Shown here in pieces: positions 17,210-23,105 of a stretch of DNA of 23,105 nucleotides (the stretch's first letter is position 1; the number at the start of each line of letters is the position of its first letter). The notes beneath the pieces are model-generated. The model was given only the letters and a program-made list of their open reading frames with translations, had not been told where the DNA came from and searched no databases. The position numbers were made by a program, and so were the translations under genes. The stretch comes from Calditrichia bacterium (GTDB taxonomy: Bacteria; Calditrichota; Calditrichia; RBG-13-44-9): contig JARRQT010000047.1 of NCBI GenBank assembly GCA_037381445.1, forward strand, positions 1 to 23,105, in the 5' to 3' direction.

Positions 17210-18424
17210 ATGGAGAGTGAAAAAAACAGTAATAAAATACTCGAAAAAATTCTGGCGAGTCAGGAATTTTCCAATTCTAAAATATATCAATCCTATCTGA
17301 CCTACCTGGTGAATGCCGCAGATGAAGGGCGTTCCGTCAAAGAAATCACCATCGCGATGGAAGTATTCGGAAAAGATGCCGACTTCAATCCGGCTGAGGA
17401 TGCAATTGTCAGGTCACACACTTATACGCTTCGAAAAAAACTTAGCAATTACTATTTTAATGAAGGAAAGGATGACCGGTATCGTCTGAAAATTCCCAAG
17501 GGGCATTATGAAGTGCAATTTTACCCGGTATCAAATAACCGGCTAACATTCGAAAATACAAAAAAATATTATCCCTGGGTGGTTGTGTTTATTTGCGTAA
17601 TAGCTGTTATTTTTTTCTGGATGAAGAATCGCAATCTGCAGGATCAGCTGCAGAGTTATCAGCCGATTGATCCGCAGGATCCAATCTGGAAGGAATATAT
17701 TCAGTCTGAAATACCCGTAATGATTGTTCCCGGCGAGCATATTTTTTATACCACATATTTCGAAAAATTCGGGAAAGAGCTCACGGTTCGCGATTATACC
17801 ATAAATTCCCTGCAGGAACTGGACAGCCTGAAGTCGGTCTACCCTCAATACAATATAAGAAGGAGCGATGAACCGTATTTCCCTTATCACAGTGTCTGGG
17901 GGATTCCGCCACTTTTAAATATATTATTTGAAGGCCACCAAAAGCCTATTTTCAGAAAATCTCTTGATATAAGTCCCCAGATTCTGGACGAATACAATTT
18001 TATTTTCATTGGCAGTATTAAAACACTTTATACCTTCAACTACACTGTGGCCAAATCACATTTCACTTTCAGCATTGCTCCCCATGTGATCACTTACACG
18101 AATCCCGACAGCAACAAAACCATACGTTATTCCACCAATTTGCATTCCCTGGGATTAAATGAGGACTTGGTGTTGGCACTCAAACTTCCCGGTCCCGCCG
18201 GAAACACGATTTTCATTATTGCTTCCTATCATTCCCTGGGTGCGCCTGAAATTGCCGATTATCTCACATCACCACCGAAGAGGGCTGAACTGGAAAAATT
18301 GTTCATGAGCAAATATGGCGGCATTCCCAAGTATTTTGAGATATTATTCAAGGTGACCGGTATAGACAAAACGGCCTACAGCAGTGAGATCTTAATTTGC
18401 AATAAGATAAACAGTGAGCAGTGA
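17210..18424 (+). CDS. Membrane-anchored one-component transcriptional regulator (N-terminal winged-helix domain, single TM, periplasmic domain)
   Basis: N-terminal pattern LEKILASQEF..S......L.YLV...KEITIAMEVFGK...FNPAEDAIVR.....LRKKL..YY..EG...L.IPKGHY.V.F. One TM helix (PWVVVFICVIAVIFFWM, about 17573-17623). C-terminal soluble domain of about 265 aa. Confidence 0.75.
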   Translation: MESEKNSNKILEKILASQEFSNSKIYQSYLTYLVNAADEGRSVKEITIAMEVFGKDADFNPAEDAIVRSHTYTLRKKLSNYYFNEGKDDRYRLKIPKGHYEVQFYPVSNNRLTFENTKKYYPWVVVFICVIAVIFFWMKNRNLQDQLQSYQPIDPQDPIWKEYIQSEIPVMIVPGEHIFYTTYFEKFGKELTVRDYTINSLQELDSLKSVYPQYNIRRSDEPYFPYHSVWGIPPLLNILFEGHQKPIFRKSLDISPQILDEYNFIFIGSIKTLYTFNYTVAKSHFTFSIAPHVITYTNPDSNKTIRYSTNLHSLGLNEDLVLALKLPGPAGNTIFIIASYHSLGAPEIADYLTSPPKRAELEKLFMSKYGGIPKYFEILFKVTGIDKTAYSSEILICNKINSEQ

Positions 18425-18512
18425 GATTGCATCGTCAGCAAAGCATGAGCTCACTTTTGCCGGGATTTAAGTCCATAAATCAAATGCCTGTAACAATCAT
18501 CCGGGACTTATC

Positions 18513-19769
18513 ATGAACGGATCGTTTCCCAGATTTATCTTTATACTTTTTTTCAGCATGTTAATGCTCATTCATCCGGCAGATGCGCAAACGCGAGATA
18601 CTATTGTTGTGGATAAAAACGGCAACGGCGACTATGAAACATTATCAAAGGCAATTGCCTCCCTTCCCATGTTCAATTATCAACGCGTCACCATTTTCAT
18701 TAAGCCCGGCATCTATAATGAAAAGATCCGGATTGAACAGGATTATATCACGCTGGAAGGAGAAGACCGCGCCAGCACCATTATTCAGTATAATCAGCTT
18801 CGGGAGGACTGGAATCGGGGCAAGGACACTATCGGACCGGCAGTTATTAACATCCACGCCGACGATATTATTCTTAAAAATCTCACCATTAAAAATACCC
18901 AACCGCAAATTGGACCGCATGCATTTGCCATTTACGGTGACGGCACCCGCACCATTCTGTTGAATTGCACAGTGGTGAGCAGGGGAGGTGATACCGTCTC
19001 CCTGTGGAATTACAAAACCGGGATGTACTACCACGCCAACTGTTCTTTTGAAGGGGCGGTGGATTTTGTCTGTCCGCGGGGCTGGTGTTTCATCAGGGAC
19101 TCAAAATTCTATGAAATGAAAAAAACTGCCGCCATCTGGCATGCCGGCGGAAATGATATGGGGCAAAAGCTGGTGATTATGAATTCATCCTTCGATGGCG
19201 TGAAGGATTTCCAATTGGGCAGGCATCACTACGAAGCGCAATTTTACCTGATTAACTGCACTTTTTCCCAGAATATGAGCGACCGGCCCATTTACCGGGT
19301 GACTTATGAGGACTCTACCCGCAACCGTCCCTTCAACTGGGGGAAGCGCTATTATTTTTCAGATTGCCATAGAATTGGTGGTGATTTTGAGTGGTTCGCT
19401 GATAATCTGAACAACGCGGCCGGGGCACCTTCGCCGGATGAAATTACGCTCTGCTGGACTTTTGAAGGGCGGTGGGATCCGGAGTCTTCAACCGGTCCCG
19501 GAATCGTTAAATTTGAAATTCATAAAAATTATATACTTTTGTATTTTGATGACATAGTAACGGTGAAAGGGATTCCGGAATTAATATCAGATACCGGGAA
19601 ACATTTCACGTATTATTCTGGGGGCGGCTCGGATACGATTCGTTTTAATACCCCCGGAACGGTTTCAGCCGGAGATTTGCCGGGACTGAAAATCAGCAAT
19701 GCAGCAAAGCTGCTGGGCAGCAGGGCTTCGGTCTGTGAACGCCCGGTAAGCCTGAAAATTCAGCCATGA
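18513..19769 (+). CDS. Pectin methylesterase (CE8) with C-terminal Ig-like extension
   Basis: Signal peptide. Motifs IVVDKNGNGDYETLSKAI, IFIKPGIYNEK, GGDTV, YYHANCSFEGAVDFV and LGR. Confidence 0.85.
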   Translation: MNGSFPRFIFILFFSMLMLIHPADAQTRDTIVVDKNGNGDYETLSKAIASLPMFNYQRVTIFIKPGIYNEKIRIEQDYITLEGEDRASTIIQYNQLREDWNRGKDTIGPAVINIHADDIILKNLTIKNTQPQIGPHAFAIYGDGTRTILLNCTVVSRGGDTVSLWNYKTGMYYHANCSFEGAVDFVCPRGWCFIRDSKFYEMKKTAAIWHAGGNDMGQKLVIMNSSFDGVKDFQLGRHHYEAQFYLINCTFSQNMSDRPIYRVTYEDSTRNRPFNWGKRYYFSDCHRIGGDFEWFADNLNNAAGAPSPDEITLCWTFEGRWDPESSTGPGIVKFEIHKNYILLYFDDIVTVKGIPELISDTGKHFTYYSGGGSDTIRFNTPGTVSAGDLPGLKISNAAKLLGSRASVCERPVSLKIQP

Positions 19770-19812
19770 AATCCTGATCATCAGTTTGTTGGATAATTTT
19801 TAGATAATAGAT

Positions 19813-21378
19813 TTGTTCAATGTCATAAATAATAAATGCATAGCAATGCCTGAAATTCAGTTACCGCAATTTCCGGATACCACATTTAGTATCACTAGCT
19901 TCGGTGCTGTGGGAGATGGCCACACTCTGAATACCGAAGCATTCAGGAAGGCAATCGAGGCCTGTTCGCGAAGCGGAGGCGGGAAAGTGGAAGTCCCTCC
20001 GGGAGTGTGGCTGACGGGACCCATCGAGTTAAAGAGTTACGTCAACCTTCATATTTCCAGGGGCGCGCTGGTGGTTTTCAGCCCCGATCACAGCAATTAT
20101 CCCATTATCGATCCCCCGAAACGAGGTTTCACCGCTGCCTCTCCGGTATACGGTTTTAATCTGGAGAATGTGGCCATCACCGGTGAAGGTGTCATGGATG
20201 GATCCGGGGACACCTGGCGTCCGGTTAAAAAATATAAAACCACTGCAAATCAATGGAGAGATCTGGTGCAGTCAGGCGGAGTGGTGGATCAGAAAACGCA
20301 AATCTGGTGGCCGTCCAAAGAGGCCATGGACGGTGAACAATACCTGAAGGAGCTTCATAAGAGGAAAAAGAGCAGCGATCTGACGCCGGCGGATTTTCTG
20401 CCCGCCCGGGATTATCTTCGCCCCTACATGGTGCTTCTTATCAATTGCAAAAAAGTTTTGATCGACGGACCTACCATAAAAAACTCCCCCAAATTTGCTC
20501 TGTATCCCAACTGGTGTGAGAATGTAGTGATCCGCAATGTCAAGGTCAATAACGAATGGTGGGCGCAAAACGGGGATGGTATCGACATCAGCTCCAGTCG
20601 CAATGTGTTGATTTACCGCTGCACGGTCACAGCCGGGGATGACGGGATCTGTATGAAATCCAGTGATGATAAAACGGTGAAGAACCCCACGCTGCAGAAT
20701 GTGGTTATCAGGGACTGCATTGTTTATCACGGGCATGGCGGTTTTGTTATCGGGAGCAACACCGATGGCGGCATGAAAAATATTTTTGTCGAGAATTGTG
20801 ACTTTATCGGCACCGACATCGGACTGAGATTCAAAAGTGCCCGGGGTCGGGGATCACTGGTGGAAAATATTTTTATCAAAAACATTTATATGAAAGATAT
20901 TGTTAACGAGGCCATTCTTTTCAATACCTATTATGAAAATGCCAGCCAGGATTCGCAAAGCTATCCGGTAACGAAATTCACTCCCAGGTTTGAAAAATTT
21001 TACCTGGACAGCATTTACTGCCTCAATGCAAAACAGGCGGTTTTGGTGCGGGGATTACCTGAAATGCCGGTAAAAAATATCAGCATGCGTCATATTTACA
21101 TATCGGCGAAGAAAGGCTTTGAGTCCGAATATGTAGCTGGAATTCAGCTGAAGGATGTTGAAATCATTCCGGAAGGGGGCCCTGTATTTTCTTTTACCGA
21201 AAGCAGCGATCTGACTATGGAAGATGCAAAGGTGCCGGAAAATACTGATACTTTTATCCGGGTCAATGGCCCAAATTCGAAAAATATTACCGTTCACTGC
21301 AGGGGACGGTCTTCGGCAAGAATACCGATTGAGTATGGAGACGGAGCGGATAAAAACAGTGTTACCATTGAGCAATAA
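19813..21378 (+). CDS. Glycoside hydrolase family 28 (polygalacturonase)
   Basis: FGAVGDGHTLNTEAFRKAI plus motifs QNGDGID, GDDGICMKS, GHGGFVIGS and GLRFKS. Start is uncertain (TTG 19813 or ATG 19846). No signal peptide is visible. Confidence 0.92.
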   Translation: MFNVINNKCIAMPEIQLPQFPDTTFSITSFGAVGDGHTLNTEAFRKAIEACSRSGGGKVEVPPGVWLTGPIELKSYVNLHISRGALVVFSPDHSNYPIIDPPKRGFTAASPVYGFNLENVAITGEGVMDGSGDTWRPVKKYKTTANQWRDLVQSGGVVDQKTQIWWPSKEAMDGEQYLKELHKRKKSSDLTPADFLPARDYLRPYMVLLINCKKVLIDGPTIKNSPKFALYPNWCENVVIRNVKVNNEWWAQNGDGIDISSSRNVLIYRCTVTAGDDGICMKSSDDKTVKNPTLQNVVIRDCIVYHGHGGFVIGSNTDGGMKNIFVENCDFIGTDIGLRFKSARGRGSLVENIFIKNIYMKDIVNEAILFNTYYENASQDSQSYPVTKFTPRFEKFYLDSIYCLNAKQAVLVRGLPEMPVKNISMRHIYISAKKGFESEYVAGIQLKDVEIIPEGGPVFSFTESSDLTMEDAKVPENTDTFIRVNGPNSKNITVHCRGRSSARIPIEYGDGADKNSVTIEQ

Positions 21379-21841
21379 CATGAACATTTATCTGCCGCCG
21401 GGATTGTTCTGGTAGTGCAGTCGCAAATTAGGTTCATAAAATATGAAATAGCAGTTTGGTCTTGCCATCCCGCTAATCTCGGCCGCAGCACTATGACCAG
21501 CATATTCGGTCACCAGCCGCCGCGGTTTTTTGTTTCTTTTCAAATCAGGTCGTGAATCGGGGATCATGTATTTCCAGGTCCTCGGTATACAGATACCATT
21601 CTTCCATTTTAGTGAGAATACCCAAATACCCAATTCTTCTGCCCAAAATTGATCAGACAAATGTATATTAAATGCACATAGCTGAATGGATACATTTAAT
21701 CATAATTGCTGCGCAATGCGCCAAATACCCGAATCGCAAATCTGAACCGTAATATCTGTTTATGATAATATTGTAATATAATGTTGCTTTTTGACTGGCC
21801 CATATTTTTCTCTCCCATTATCGGTTTGCTATTCTTTAAAA

Positions 21842-21858
21842 TTGGCATAATTCTTGTC
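21842..21858 (+). promoter_or_regulatory. Candidate sigma-54 (-24/-12) promoter upstream of the cytochrome gene
   Basis: TTGGCATAATTCTTGTC versus consensus YTGGCACGRNNNTTGCW. Spacing is correct, but the -12 element reads GT rather than GC. Confidence 0.45.
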
Positions 21859-22158
21859 CAGTTCAGAAGAGTCTAAAGGAGAGCATGATCCCAGGAAGCC
21901 TGAAGAAAAACAATTGTATAAAGAGTCAATCAATTTCCTTTAGCCATTCAAAAATCCACAGGGGTATGCAGACCGCAGTTGGCAGGCGAACTGTATCGGG
22001 ATGCCTTTCTTTAACATAAATAACCGGGCCCCTCTCATCGCTATTGAGAAAGGGAGGAACGCACCTGGAGCTGTTTTACTTATCATCGAAATCCAGGGCC
22101 TTATTTCGGAATATGGAGATGGCCCGCAGTTTATAATCATCAAGCAGGAGGAGTGAGT

Positions 22159-23105
22159 ATGAAATATCGGAAGTTTATTGCGTATCTTGGTTTGCTGCTT
22201 ATGTTGAGTGTTTCCGGGCAGCTATTTGCTCAGAAGTATATAATTATCGGCTGGAATGACCTGGGGATGCACTGTGCCAACAAGGATTTTCAAACCCTTG
22301 CTGTACTTCCGCCTTACAATAATCTGATGGCGCAGGTAATTCGTCTGGGTGACGCCAATTCGCTTCCTCAGGTCGTCACCGATGGGCTGCGGGTGACTTA
22401 TGAAGTTCCCGGCAATACGTATTCCGTGGGCAAGACCAATTTCTGGAGTTATGAGGATAAATTGTTTGGCGTTTCACTTCCCGACAATATTGGCCTGAAG
22501 GGGGCCGGACTTTCCGGTGATATGGAGCTGGTTACGGATCACTTCTTCAGGGAAGGTATTCCCCTGACGCCGTTCCCGGATAATGATTTGACCCATGAGC
22601 ATCCCTATCAACTGGCACTGCTCAAAGTATACGATTCTCAGAATAATCTTCTCGCCGAAACGCAACCGGTCATCCCGGTATCCAACGAAATCAACTGTGT
22701 CAGCAGCGGCTGCCACACGAGCGAGCAGCAGATTCTGGACCGGCACGGTGAGGAATTGAATTCAACCAACACACCGGTCCTGTGCGCCAATTGCCATGCA
22801 GACCCTGCCCTGGGAACAACCGGCGGGGGCGAGGCACCCATCTTCTCACGCGCCATTCATTCCCGACACGCGAATATTACCAATGATTGCTACAAATGCC
22901 ATCCCGGACCAAACACGCAGTGTCTGCGCGGAGCCATGTATCAAAAGGGAATGAAATGTCAGGACTGTCATGGTGATGTTGCCAATGTGGCCAATTCCAT
23001 CAGCAACGGACGTACGCCCTGGCTGGAGGAACCCTCCTGCGGTGCTGCGGAATGTCATGGTCCGGATTATGCTGAAGAATCCGGCAAATTGTTCAGACAG
23101 TCAAA
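22159..23105 (+). CDS. Secreted multiheme c-type cytochrome (3' partial; at least 5 heme-binding motifs)
   Basis: Not in the ORF track because it runs off the window. SD AGGAGGAG, ATG at 22159 and signal peptide MKYRKFIAYLGLLLMLSVSGQLFA. Also GWNDLGMHC and KTNFW. Heme motifs: CVSSGCH (22696), CANCH (22783), CYKCH (22888), CQDCH (22957), CGAAECH (23038). No stop before the window end. Confidence 0.9.
   Translation, partial: MKYRKFIAYLGLLLMLSVSGQLFAQKYIIIGWNDLGMHCANKDFQTLAVLPPYNNLMAQVIRLGDANSLPQVVTDGLRVTYEVPGNTYSVGKTNFWSYEDKLFGVSLPDNIGLKGAGLSGDMELVTDHFFREGIPLTPFPDNDLTHEHPYQLALLKVYDSQNNLLAETQPVIPVSNEINCVSSGCHTSEQQILDRHGEELNSTNTPVLCANCHADPALGTTGGGEAPIFSRAIHSRHANITNDCYKCHPGPNTQCLRGAMYQKGMKCQDCHGDVANVANSISNGRTPWLEEPSCGAAECHGPDYAEESGKLFRQS

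Noticed and set aside
21511..21540. GC-rich segment followed by a T run, as a terminator for the plus-strand arm
   Set aside because: The stem is very short and bulged, and it lies about 130 nt from the stop. Too weak to call.
21388..21660. 90-aa minus-strand ORF after the second GH28
   Set aside because: TTG start without SD, no recognisable domain or transposase motif, and no flanking inverted repeats. It cannot be supported, although a gene remnant is not excluded.
21940..23058. Minus-strand ORFs 21940..22143, 22474..22746, 22638..22856 and 22846..23058
   Set aside because: They are antisense to the cytochrome gene or its leader. The plus frame has the SD, signal peptide and heme motifs.
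1..23105. CRISPR arrays, tRNA/rRNA genes, IS elements, integrases
   Set aside because: None were seen. The only long repeats are coding-domain duplications.

Overview
Bacterial DNA, most likely from a non-Bacteroidia member of the FCB superphylum (Calditrichota/KSB1/Ignavibacteria-like). This is inferred from 'NYPNPFNP' T9SS sorting domains, a PorV-family gene and clear Shine-Dalgarno sites. Bases 64-21378 form a pectin (homogalacturonan) utilisation locus. The minus-strand arm encodes, in transcription order: GH105, GH28, TonB-dependent receptor, a 738-aa T9SS-type cargo protein, a PorV-family barrel, a second FadL/PorV-like barrel, two paralogous secreted repeat proteins and a PL9 lyase. 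The plus-strand arm encodes a membrane-anchored wHTH regulator, a CE8 pectin methylesterase and a second GH28. No SusD homologue is recognisable. A cargo + PorV + barrel module follows the receptor instead and is the best candidate for an undescribed uptake system. One repeat protein has a T9SS sorting domain broken by an inferred deletion of about 97 nt plus a frameshift. The GH105 frame extends into the start of the divergent regulator. The window ends in a partial multiheme c-type cytochrome gene that is missing from the ORF track, preceded by a candidate sigma-54 promoter. All calls are by eye; no searches were run.
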